A DNA stretch of 63,174 bases, the filler included, from Octopus bimaculoides (taxonomy: Eukaryota): the NCBI RefSeq assembly GCF_001194135.2. It is 9 parts of 5 records of this genome, joined end to end, with 100 filler letters (N's around TTAATTAATTAA, not from the genome) between each part and the next. Parts side by side here need not be neighbours in the genome. Positions count along the whole stretch, not along the records: positions 9,676 to 13,584 come from NC_068986.1; positions 13,685 to 32,044 come from NC_068989.1; 7 more parts are not named here. One strand, written 5' to 3'. Of this stretch, positions 9,800-21,185 are shown in pieces. The notes below the pieces were generated by a model. It was not told the DNA's origin, did no database searches, and saw only the letters and a program-made list of their open reading frames with translations. Position numbers and translations under genes: made by a program. Numbering within the stretch: position 1 is the stretch's first letter; each line of letters opens with the position of its first letter.

Positions 9800-10461
9800 T
9801 CATAAATGTATTTATATGTATATAAATATATATATATATATGTATATATATGCATATGTGTGTATGTATGTATGTATGTGTATATAAATGTGTACGTATA
9901 TATATATAGATTTATACGTACGTACAAGTCTAAATATACATAAATTCATACATATGTGCGAGGAACATATGTATGTATGTATGTATGTATGCATGCATGT
10001 ATGTATGTATGTATGTATGTATGTATGTATGTATGCATGCATGTATGTATGTATGTAGTCAAGTACAAATTTTATGTGATTTTTACGTACATATGCTCGT
10101 GTATATGTTCGAATATTTGTGCAATTACGTGAACTATGATGTGTCTGAAAGAAATCCTTTTCAAAAAGGATTTGAATGGGAGAAAAAAACCAGAAAACTA
10201 GAGACAAAGACAGAGGCAGAGACAGACAGCGAGGAAGAAAGAGAGTGAGAGAGAGATAGAGAGAGGGAGAGAGAGAGGGAGAGAGAGAGAGAGAGAGAGA
10301 GAGAAGGTGGGACGAATATAAGGAAAGAAGTAGAAAGGTTATATCATTCTATTATCGGTTTCAGCCAGAGGCGGTGGCCATGCTGGGGCACCGCAATTAA
10401 CTGAAGATATTTTGTATTTACGATGCGGACTTATGAAACAATTGCACAAGTAAGGCAAGTA

Positions 10462-10493
<32 letters not shown>

Positions 10494-10606
10494 CGTCCAG
10501 TAACACAATCTGTATCACGTCCTCGCGTTCTTGTTTTTTGTTGTTTTTTTGTCGTTTTTCATACATGTAATGTATTAGCAGACGTTCAGGAAAAGAAAGA
10601 AAGATG

Positions 10607-10642
10607 GTTTAACGTTTCCAGCAGACGCTCTTCTTCAGAAAC
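10607..10642 (-). ncRNA. Degenerate minimal hammerhead motif (ACGT type)
   Basis: Reverse complement: GTTT-CTGAAGA-A-GAGC-gtct-GCTG-GAA-ACGT-T-AAAC; helix I 4 bp, helix II closing pair broken (G.G). Confidence 0.45.
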
Positions 10643-11680
10643 AGAGGAAAGTCCAATAGAAGGGAAGATGGAGGAAGAAAATCGCCAACGAACCACATGT
10701 GGTTACATTTTGAAATGAGCGGAAGGGGATATATAACATATATATGTATATGTATATATAAATTAATGTAGGTTTCAATGTTCTTTTACGTCTATTTAAT
10801 GTGCGTTCTGTATAGAAAATTCGTTTCCTTCTATTTTCCTTCTTNNNNNNNNNNNNNNNNNNNNNNNNNNNNNNNNNNNNNNNNNNNNNNNNNNNNNNNN
10901 NNNNNNNNNNNNNNNNNNNNNNNNNNNNNNNNNNNNNNNNNNNNNNNNNNNNNNNNNNNNNNNNNNNNNNNNNNNNNNNNNNNNNNNNNNNNNNNNNNNN
11001 NNNNNNNNNNNNNNNNNNNNNNNNNNNNNNNNNNNNNNNNNNNNNNNNNNNNNNNNNNNNNNNNNNNNNNNNNNNNNNNNNNNNNNNNNNNNNNNNNNNN
11101 NNNNNNNNNNNNNNNNNNNNNNNNNNNNNNNNNNNNNNNNNNNNNNNNNNNNNNNNNNNNNNNNNNNNNNNNNNNNNNNNNNNNNNNNNNNNNNNNNNNN
11201 NNNNNNNNNNNNNNNNNNNNNNNNNNNNNNNNNNNNNNNNNNNNNNNNNNNNNNNNNNNNNNNNNNNNNNNNNNNNNNNNNNNNNNNNNNNNNNNNNNNN
11301 NNNNNNNNNNNNNNNNNNNNNNNNNNNNNNNNNNNNNNNNNNNNNNNNNNGTGTGCGCGCGCGTACGTACGCGTCTGTGTTTGTTTACAGAAAGTTCTGT
11401 GCAAAATCTCTTATAACTAGATGCAATGCGGCTAAAAACCTTCGCCATTACTGAGACATACCTCAGAGATATTTTGCACAAACGGTTACAATTATAGGCA
11501 TATATGTATGCCAGTGTATGTGTGTGTGTGTGTGTGTGTGTGTACGCGCATGTGTGTGTGTGACTGTGTATATACACACACACATATATGCATGTACATA
11601 TATATACATACATAAATTATGCACATGCATATATATATACATATATATACATATATATGTACACGAATGTAGACAGACAG

Positions 11681-11761
<81 letters not shown>

Positions 11762-11973
11762 CAGACAGATAGATAGATAGACTTACAGATACACGCATGT
11801 GAAATTTTCATTACATATGTTTGTGAAACCGTGAATGTATAAGTGCATTGAGCATATATGCTGCTTTTAGAGCACATTCCGAACATACATACTCATAAAC
11901 ATACATACTTTCATTTATATATATATATATATATATATATATGAATGAATGTATGTATATATATATATATATA

Positions 11974-12010
<37 letters not shown>

Positions 12011-12385
12011 NNNNNNNNNNNNNNNNNNNNNNNNNNNNNNNNNNNNNNNNNNNNNNNNNNNNNNNNNNNNNNNNNNNNNNNNNNNNNNNNNNNNNNNNNN
12101 NNNNNNNNNNNNNNNNNNNNNNNNNNNNNNNNNNNNNNNNNNNNNNNNNNNNNNNNNNNNNNNNNNNNNNNNNNNNNNNNNNNNNNNNNNNNNNNNNNNN
12201 NNNNNNNNNNNNNNNNNNNNNNNNNNNNNNNNNNNNNNNNNNNNNNNNNNNNNNNNNNNNNNNNNNNNNNNNNNNNNNNNNNNNNNNNNNNNNNNNNNNN
12301 NNNNNNNNNNNNNNNNNNNNNNNNNNNNNNNNNNNNNNNNNNNNNNNNNNNNNNNNNNNNNNNNNNNNNNNNNNNNNNNNNNNNN

Positions 12386-12448
<63 letters not shown>

Positions 12449-12473
12449 CTCCTTATATCTATCTACGTAATAC

Positions 12474-12599
12474 CATAAGTGGTTCGTTCGATCGTGGAGA
12501 TAGTAGTGCGCACGCCGGTACCGTTTTTATCGCTTGCCGTGTTGAACTTTCTCCTGAGAAGGTCGTACGAAATCTGCCAAAGCTCTGACATTGGTCTAA
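12474..12599 (-). CDS. Candidate 126-nt phase-1/1 coding exon, unidentified
   Basis: cttacgctcgtcatctctag|TTAGACC...TTATG|gtatta; GC/CpG richer than background; continues the frame of 12998-13031: LRPMSELWQISYDLLRRKFNTASDKNGTGVRTTISTIERTTY. A plus-strand donor (gagc|gtaagt at 12615) is a competing reading. Confidence 0.28.
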
Positions 12600-12906
12600 C
12601 TAGAGATGACGAGCGTAAGTTTGGCAATTATTGTTGTAAGCGGCATAAATGGAATCTAAGTTGAATGAGTGAGTCGGTAAAGCGGAATAGATTTTGACAT
12701 GGTTACATAAACGCACATCGAAGCATCAATACATATTGTAACGAACGCGTAAACTCACTCATGCACATACAGAAACTATGTAGGTATATACAGTCATACA
12801 CTTATATTCATAAAGATATTCATAAATGCGCATGCATGTACGTAAGTACATGCACTCATTCACACATATCAACATTCATATAGGTATATATATGTGTGTG
12901 TGTATT

Positions 12907-12944
<38 letters not shown>

Positions 12945-12997
12945 CAGAGGGGGAGAGGAACAGATGGAGAGAAAGAGACCGCATGTCTACATGTTAC

Positions 12998-13031
12998 GTT
13001 GTTGAAAACGATCTAGAGAAAAGGTGCTCAT
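12998..13031 (-). CDS. Candidate first coding exon of an unidentified minus-strand gene
   Basis: ATG at 13031, MSTFSLDRFQQ+C then gtaaca (weak donor); lies downstream of the motif cluster in the minus orientation. No homology recognised. Confidence 0.22.
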
Positions 13032-13159
13032 TGTATGTTGTTGTTGAGAATAATTATATTCCTTCGGTTTAGGCTGCTTGCCGTTTTCTTTTAAGTTGCA
13101 CCTTAAAACGGTCAGTAACAAAGCGTGATGCTTTATAATGAAAATTGTGTTGTCTTATC

Positions 13160-13221
13160 CAAGATGGAGCCGCGACGTCTGTATTTCATTGGCTAACGCA
13201 AATCACGTGACTCATTTGCAA
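13160..13221. promoter_or_regulatory. Promoter-like motif cluster: YY1-like CAAGATGG, CCAAT box (minus strand), CLEAR/USF E-box TCACGTGAC overlapping AP-1 TGACTCA and an octamer-like ATTTGCAA
   Basis: Motifs at 13160-13167, 13188-13192, 13203-13211, 13208-13214 and 13214-13221, within 62 bp of locally CpG-retaining unique sequence. Confidence 0.45.
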
Positions 13222-14994
13222 AGTATGGTAGTTTGCAACTGAGAAAAGATTCACACATAAAAGTGGGGACGACGTTGTTTGACTTGATTGTGAAACTCTG
13301 ATCATAATAAAAATAACTCGTCTTTATACAAGAGACTTCCACAAAGGTTTCTTTGCTGCTCTCTCTTTAACATGGTGCACTTTCCTTCGGAGCTTGGAAG
13401 GACAATTTAGCTATATGCCTCTCTCTCCCTTTCTTTCTCTCCCTCATTTCTCTCTCTTTCACTTTCTCCTTCCTCTGTCTCCCTCACTCTCTCTCTCTCT
13501 CTCTGTCTCTTTGTGTGTATATAAACACAGGAGTATGCACACACACACACACACATTTATATTTATATATATATATATATATATNNNNNNNNNNNNNNNN
13601 NNNNNNNNNNNNNNNNNNNNNNNNNNNNTTAATTAATTAANNNNNNNNNNNNNNNNNNNNNNNNNNNNNNNNNNNNNNNNNNNNTATATATATATATATA
13701 TATTATGTATATGTATGTGGATGTATGTAACTATGTGCGTATATTTCTATGCATGTGCGAATATACATATATATATGTACATGTGTATAGGCATATTAGG
13801 TTATATATAGTAATCCGATTATGCTAGTATAGTCATAAGTTAGGACGTACATATGTGTATATAAGGAATTGCTCATACTTGTACGGGTACATATGACAAA
13901 ATGGATAGGATTCAACAGATTCGTTATAAATACTTTCACACATATAATGAAAAATGAATATACACACATATGAATATATAAAGTTTAGGATGTGGATTCG
14001 AACTGGGTTGACTATGTATATATTGGAGTTAATGCGTTAATATAGGTACAGAAATACATATCTGATTAGTACTCTAATTGGAGTATTTGTGGATCTTTGG
14101 ATATACTTCTTTTGTCATGTAAATGAACATGAACATATACATATAATTATGCGTGTGTATGTATATGCGAGGAGTTTTTTATATATAGGTATATACAAGT
14201 ATGGTTGTTCATATAATATAAAATGTTATGCACACATAGATTATGGTGTTAATATACATCTGACTTGAATTAGTACTGGAACAATTGTAGATCAATAGAT
14301 ATACTTTAGACTCATACCTTTTCTTTTATATATATGTGTGTGTGCATGTGTGTGTGTGCGTTGTGTGTGTGTGTGTATTTATGTTTATATATATGTATAT
14401 AGGCATACCTATAATTTATTTAATCTTATTAATTTCTTTACTTATATTTGAATGGGTTGTAGCAAGAGTACGAACAGATATAAAAACCATTACCTCGCCA
14501 TTATGTTATAGAAATGCTATATTTTCACACACTCATATTAATGATAATAATAATAATATACACAAACATGGTTTAAGCATGGAGGACGGTAGGGCAGATC
14601 CTTGGTACACGTGATAACAGCTGTTTGTTGAATCTCCATTAGTCAACAATGAACAGATGTGTGTAGAACAACATACACTCTGCGGGTATGTCGTTTAGGC
14701 TCGGCTTATATGGTAGTTCTAAAATTATAGAGTATTCTTAACAGACAGCGGTTCCTCCCATTCACAATAACACTGAAAATTTTTCATTGACCCTAAACTG
14801 AAAGTCTACCAAAATAGATCAACTAGTTTCTTCATATCGATACCCAAGGATTTCTCACCCCAGAATGCCGTCACTCTTCCCCACCACTGGTCCTCTATAC
14901 AATCCTAAAGTAGAACTTTCAACTGGTAGATGGCTATGAGTACCTAAAATTAAAAAATAGCGGTTTCTAATTTAGGCACAAGGTCTGTAATAAT

Positions 14995-15655
14995 GATGAT
15001 TTCAAATTTGGGCACGAAGTCATCGATTTTATGAGAAGAGTAAGTTGACTAAATCGACCCTAGTGCTCAACTGGTTTTTATTTTATCGACCCCGAAAGGA
15101 TGAAAAGTAAAACTGACCTCGGCAGAATTTGAACTCAGAACGTAAAGACGGACGAGATGCCGCTGAGAACTTTGCCCGGTGTGCTAACAATTCTGCCAGC
15201 TCACTGCCTTAAAGACCTGAAATGATAATGACTCCAAATCTTGGCACAAGGCCAGCAATTTTGTGAGTGGGGTAGGTCGATTACATCGACCCCAGTGCTA
15301 TACTGGTACTTATTTTATCGACTCTGAGAGGATAAAAAGTCGACCACGGTGGAATTTGAACTCTGAAAGTAAACAGTCGGAAAAATACCGTCAAGCATTT
15401 AATCCGACGCACTAACAATTCTGCCAGCTCACCACCTAATGTAATAATCCTTTCTACTATAAGCACAAGGCCTAAATTTTGGAGAGAAGTGAAGCTTGAC
15501 GATTACATCAACCCCAGTGCTCGGCTGGTACTTATCTCATCGACTCCGAAAGGAAAATTCGACTTCGGCCAAATTTGAACTCAGAACGTAATGACGCACG
15601 AAATGCCGCTAAGCATTTTGCCTGGCGGGATAACGATTCTGCCAGCTCGCCACCC
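14995..15655 (-). mobile_element. Three head-to-tail SINE family A copies (~14995-15209, ~15222-15437, ~15444-15655)
   Basis: Repeated ggcacaaggcc...atcgacccca.tgct...gaatttgaactc.gaa...ctaac.attctgccagctc. Confidence 0.9.
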
Positions 15656-16302
15656 TACCGCCTTGTGTAATAATAATATCTTTGAAAATATCACTTGTGT
15701 TAACTGAAATGTGATCAGAAAAAATATCAAATAAATAAATTAAATCAATAAAATGAACCAGAAAAATATAAAAAACAAATAATTTTTCTATCTTTTAATT
15801 TTTCTTGTTTACTTCTTGTATTTTGTTTAGTTATTACTTAATATAAAATCAAAAATCAAAGATGTGCACTGTGCACTTTTTTCCCATTTTGTTATCAATT
15901 TATATAGTTTTCTTTATTTTTTATGAATATTCTAAAGAATACATTTATTTGCTTCTTTCACTATCGCTTTTATTTATTCGTTTATTTGTTTTTCAAATTT
16001 CTTCCTTTAGTGTAGTGTGTATATATATATATATATATATNNNNNNNNNNNNNNNNNNNNNNNNNNNNNNNNNNNNNNNNNNNNNNNNNNNNNNNNNNNN
16101 NNNNNNNNNNNNNNNNNNNNNNNNNNNNNNNNNNNNNNNNNNNNNNNNNNNNNNNNNNNNNNNNNNNNNNNNNNNNNNNNNNNNNNNNNNNNNNNNNNNN
16201 NNNNNNNNNNNNNNNNNNNNNNNNNNNNNNNNNNNNNNNNNNNNNNNNNNNNNNNNNNNNNNNNNNNNNNNNNNNNNNNNNNNNNNNNNNNNNNNNNNNN
16301 NN

Positions 16303-16391
<89 letters not shown>

Positions 16392-16656
16392 CTTTCTGTC
16401 TCTGTTTTGTGTTGCTAAAACCTTAATTTACTTGTAACATTTTTAATTTTAGGTTGATATTTGCGGACTAGCAAATTTCTACGTATTATTATGGAAAATC
16501 TGTCGGTATCTAAGAAAGAATTGCCAAAACGGGTAGCTAATAGTGAGAAATTTTAGTCTTCGATATTTACTATGCCAAGAATGGAAATTCTACTTAAGAC
16601 GAGATTTGGTGAAAAATAAGTAGAATATATATTTTATTTTCCAATATATATATCCT

Positions 16657-16877
16657 TGGCAGAAACGTTAGCACGTCAGGCGAAATACTTAGCGGTATTT
16701 CGTCTGCCGTTACCTTCTGAGTTCAAATTCCGCCGAGGTTGACTTTGCCTTTCATCCTTTCGGGGTCGATAAATTAAGTTCCAGTTACGCACTGGGGTCA
16801 ATGTAATCGACTTAATCCCTTTGTCTGTCCTTGTTTGTCCTCTCTATATTTAGCCCCTTGTGGGCAATAAAGAAATA
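16657..16877 (+). mobile_element. Young SINE family A copy with the alternative (Tx1-like) tail
   Basis: Body as other copies; tail ccctttgtctgtccttgtttgtcc...tagccccttgtgggcaataaagaaata. Confidence 0.9.
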
Positions 16878-16880
16878 AAT

Positions 16881-17470
16881 ACGTTCTGAGTTCAAATACC
16901 GCCGAGGCCGACCTTGCCTTTCATACTTTCGGGGTCGATAAAATAACTATCAATCTACTACTGTGGTTGATGTGATCGACTAAACCCATCCCCCGAACTT
17001 GCTGGCCTTGTGCCAAAATTTGCAACCATTATTAAAGCCATGTATAAGGCGGTGTATTGGCAGAACCTTTAGACCGTCGAACAAAATGCTTTGTGATATT
17101 CCTACCAATTCATTACATTCTGAGTTCAAATTCTGTCGGGGTCAAATTTGCTTTTCATCTCTCCGAGACTGATGAAATGAAATACCAGTTAAGTATTGGG
17201 GTTCGATCTATCGACTAACCCCGATCCGTCAGAATAACTGGCCTAGTGCCAAAACTAGATTTATAACGGCTTTGAAGAGCTGTGATAGTAAGCAAGTTTA
17301 ATGGAAAATAAATACAATATATATTTTATTTTCTAATATATATTGGCTAAAAAGTGGCAAGTTGGCGGAATGCTTAGCAGCATTTCTTACGTTTTGAGTT
17401 CAAATTCTGTCAAGGTTGACTTCCCTTCTTACCCTTTCGAGGTCGATAATCTGAGTACCCATTGAGCACT
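16881..17470 (+). mobile_element. Cluster of three further SINE family A copies or fragments (~16881-17030, ~17045-17250, ~17350-17470)
   Basis: Each has (c/t)tgagttcaaa and ggtcga/gactt motifs; standard ggcc.tgtgccaaaa tail in the first two. Confidence 0.8.
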
Positions 17471-18259
17471 AGGGACATTTGGTTACCATTTCTAGCGGTT
17501 GGAATGATCACATACAGGCTCTTCCTGGATGAATTTTAGACTTGGTGGCCGATCACACCCACAATTCAATAACTGAGAGGAAATAAAGAGTAAACCTTCA
17601 GGTTAGCATCACGTTCTAACATCTCTTAAAATAATTATACCCGCAACAGAATTTACCTTCCTCTTGCAGCATTTCTAAATTTACTGAGTTGAAAAGTGCA
17701 CCAGGACGAATAAACAGAATTTTAATCTCTTTCATGGTGTGGATAATGAATCGTATTCTATATCAAACACTTTGCTCTTTCGTGGATAAAGATACTCCGC
17801 TTACATTACCACTGAGCTAGCTATTTCTGATCTGCGAATATCATGTGGTTATACAATATGACCCTTTAAACAGCAAGAACAACATATACTGATGAGTGTT
17901 TCGTTAGCTTCTAATTGTGTGTGTTTCAGTGCTTGAGTTTGAAAAAGACTTCGGCCATGAAATATCTGAATTGTCAAAACTGTTCTAAATACATTAACAT
18001 GAACAAATATAGTATATCTCGGGTTATATTATGCAGTGTGTCCTTTGAAGACTATAGCTGTGATTCGAAGGAGGTTTAAGTTGCTATACTTAGTAAGCCA
18101 AGCGATTACATAGAGAGGCTCTCTCGTTTAGTGCTTGAGTTATATTTCATGACGTCATATATCTCTCCATAAATAGAATAATGGTAAAGCACTGCGTATC
18201 ACACATTCCAAGAATAACTCTGTACTTATTATCAACTGATGCAATTAGAATTATTTGTA

Positions 18260-18704
18260 TGCGCTGCACAAATATGAAATGCCTAGAAAGGAATATCACA
18301 AAAGAATATCACAAAGCATTTTGTTCGACGGTCTAAAGCATAGAAAGGACCAAGAAGAAGATAGGTAAGGCCAACTGATGGAAAGACTACCAAAAATACC
18401 AGAGCATCATGTTTGTTGATGCTACCCGCGGCGACGAACTAGTATATCTTTTTAGGAAAACATTAAATGAGGTAAATCTACAGATTAAAGTAGTAGAACG
18501 ACCAGGAACCCCCATATAATCCGTTATCTGTAGAACATATCCATTCGAAAGGCCCCCACGTACGGAGAACGCACAGGCACACACAGATACAGACCCAAAC
18601 GCAGAAAAGGATACATACCATAGAAAGACAGAATGGACTAAACAGAACAGGAGGAGACATATGGGATGGTAAGTCGCTGACGAAAGATTTCCAGACAATC
18701 GACA
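18260..18704 (+). mobile_element. Penelope-like element remnant (RT C-terminal linker) with downstream decayed hammerhead core
   Basis: Disrupted frame ...SIMFVDATRGDELVYLFRKTLNEVNLQIKVVERPGTPI*SVICRTYPF resembles the PLE linker FV.xTPGxEL...IKVVERxGT.L...L..NP; CTGACGA..GATT..AATC-GACA at 18677-18704. Confidence 0.55.
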
Positions 18705-18894
18705 TAAAATAAGAACAATAATAAACAAGTGAAGAATGTATATATAGTGTGGGTGTGTTTATCTGGCAAGAAAACAATGGATTTCTGGGTCACACACTTC
18801 TGTGCCAAGGTACTGTATGGTCACTGCTGCTGACCGGGAAGCTATACAACAGCGACTAAATGAAACATTGAGATGCCTTGGTACTTGTTCTAAA

Positions 18895-19103
18895 TATGGG
18901 TTTCAAATTTTGGCACAAGGCCAACAATTTCTGGGGAGGGAATAGGTCGATGTAATCGACCCCAGTGTTCAACCTATTTTATCGACTCCGAAAGGGTGAC
19001 AGACAAAGTCTGCATCAACGGAATTTGAAATTAGAACGTAAAGACGGACGAAATACCCCTAAACATTTTGCCCGGCGCACTAACGATTCTGCCAGCTCGC
19101 TGC
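18895..19103 (-). mobile_element. SINE family A copy
   Basis: tttcaaattttggcacaaggcc...ctaacgattctgccagctcgc. Confidence 0.88.
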
Positions 19104-20112
19104 TTGGTACTTGTTCCAAATATTGAATTCTCTCTCGTTGAAGTAAAACCACAAATTTTTAATCAACCCCAGTTACGAACGGTACTTAGCTTATCAAACA
19201 CGAAGAGATGAAAATTCAGAATCTACTCAAGTGATTTGAAATCATGATATAGATGGACGAAAGTATGATAATACTCTGGTGTTTATATATTCTGCTACTT
19301 GAAATAGTAATAAAATTTCAACTCGCGCTAATGTCATACTTTGAACCTGTCATCACTCTCTACTTATTTGTATGTTTAAAATAAAATATTTGAAATGTTC
19401 ACACCTAGGTGAGTATACTCCAATATCTTATATCCGAACATATTCTTTCATGTAATATATCCGGATCTCAAATATCCGGTTGCGTAGTGAGAAGCGATAC
19501 ATCTCTGTATCATATACACGTCTAGAGTCTTTCATGTGGTGTATCTGTATTTCATATAACCGGATACAATTTCCCTTGTGATATATACCCAAAGCATATA
19601 TCCGGTTACATATATGTATATATATATGTGTGTGTGTGCGCGTATGTGTCTATAAGTGTGTGTTTGTGAGTGTGTATATTCCTGCATATATGAGTGTAAG
19701 TATATATATATATATATATATANNNNNNNNNNNNNNNNNNNNNNNNNNNNNNNNNNNNNNNNNNNNNNNNNNNNNNNNNNNNNNNNNNNNNNNNNNNNNN
19801 NNNNNNNNNNNNNNNNNNNNNNNNNNNNNNNNNNNNNNNNNNNNNNNNNNNNNNNNNNNNNNNNNNNNNNNNNNNNNNNNNNNNNNNNNNNNNNNNNNNN
19901 NNNNNNNNNNNNNNNNNNNNNNNNNNNNNNNNNNNNNNNNNNNNNNNNNNNNNNNNNNNNNNNNNNNNNNNNNNNNNNNNNNNNNNNNNNNNNNNNNNNN
20001 NNNNNNNNNNNNNNNNNNNNNNNNNNNNNNNNNNNNNNNNNNNNNNNNNNNNNNNNCATATATAGATATGCGTATATATACGTATGTAAGTATAAATGTA
20101 TATATATATCTG

Positions 20113-20146
<34 letters not shown>

Positions 20147-20989
20147 TGTATGTATGTATGTATGTGTGTGTGAATGTGTATGTGTGTGTATGCGTGTGTA
20201 TGCATGTACATGTGTCTACACACGCACGCACCTTATTCACTTGAGTACATGCGACTATAATACGACACCCACCTTTCTGTAGTCACACATAATAGCCATA
20301 GTTATTCACATATATTTTAATCAACATCACATCGCTGCATATTTTAAAACACATAAAATTCAATGATGTTTTCGTAAAAGCTGTTGAGAGAAATCTGTAA
20401 CACACACAGACACACACATATACACACACAGATACACACATACACACACAAACACACACACAAATACACACACACAATGAGTTTATCACTTCAAAAACAT
20501 CAAAGTCTTTTCTATCTGATCCTGCAAATAATTGCAGCCAATCTTTCATCAGAGCCCTATCCATCCATTTCTAGCTTTTATTCGTCTAAATTTGTAGTTA
20601 TGTTTATAGGAATATCTTGGTTATTTGGCATTACTAATGCCAGTCTTTGAAAAGCGTTTGGAAACCGTAGATTTAGATAAAGCTGTTATACTTCTTAAGC
20701 CCAAAAGTAATATAGCACTTCTGTATTATCTCTAGCTACTAATTTTTCATTTCATTAGATGGCATCCATAATGTTAAGTTTTGTTCAACTTCATCCAAAA
20801 ATTCATAGGAATCAATACAAATCATTCATTATAGTGGGCACGATTGCAGTTATTTTGAATCAGCCACTATCTCAGCGCGTACTGACGGCACTGCAAAAGG
20901 ACTCGAGAGAAAATATGTCAATGTTCCCACTGAAATAAATAATGGTACTTCTCAGTTCTCTATCATTTTGCTTTAAAATTTGTGTTATT

Positions 20990-21185
20990 GTTGTTTAACC
21001 CTGGTTCTGCTTTATTGCACAGTTAAACTATCGAAGACGCTCCAGCTTAAACTACCACGTCATTTTTTTAATATTGTGCATCTAGAACTACATCATTGAA
21101 TATATATATTTTTAAGACAGTGGTGTGTAATTTGAGGGTGTTTTGCTTATTTTGAACATATCCATTGACCATGTAAATGCTCCGT
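20990..21185 (+). repeat. Old dispersed repeat family (probably a further SINE); related fragments at ~18040-18130, 28690-28810, 30265-30340, 31290-31465 and (reverse) ~35420-35500
   Basis: Shared degenerate motifs ttgttgtttaacc..., tatgatcaaagg..ttccagcca and ttaagac..t.g..tg..att.gag..ga..t.g..gctattt. Confidence 0.45.

Noticed and set aside
10580-10722. Plus-strand frame DVQEKKERWFNVSSRRSSSETEESP... as an exon
   Set aside because: Explained as the antisense strand of the ACGT-type hammerhead repeat; weak acceptor.
11395-11483. Imperfect inverted repeat tgtgcaaaatctc / gagatattttgcaca with a minus-strand donor GAG|gtatgt
   Set aside because: Short and single-copy, with no usable upstream acceptor; insufficient support for an exon or element.
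18249-18364. Exon-like segment ending GATAG|gtaagg
   Set aside because: Continuous with the Penelope-like remnant; not STARD3-like.
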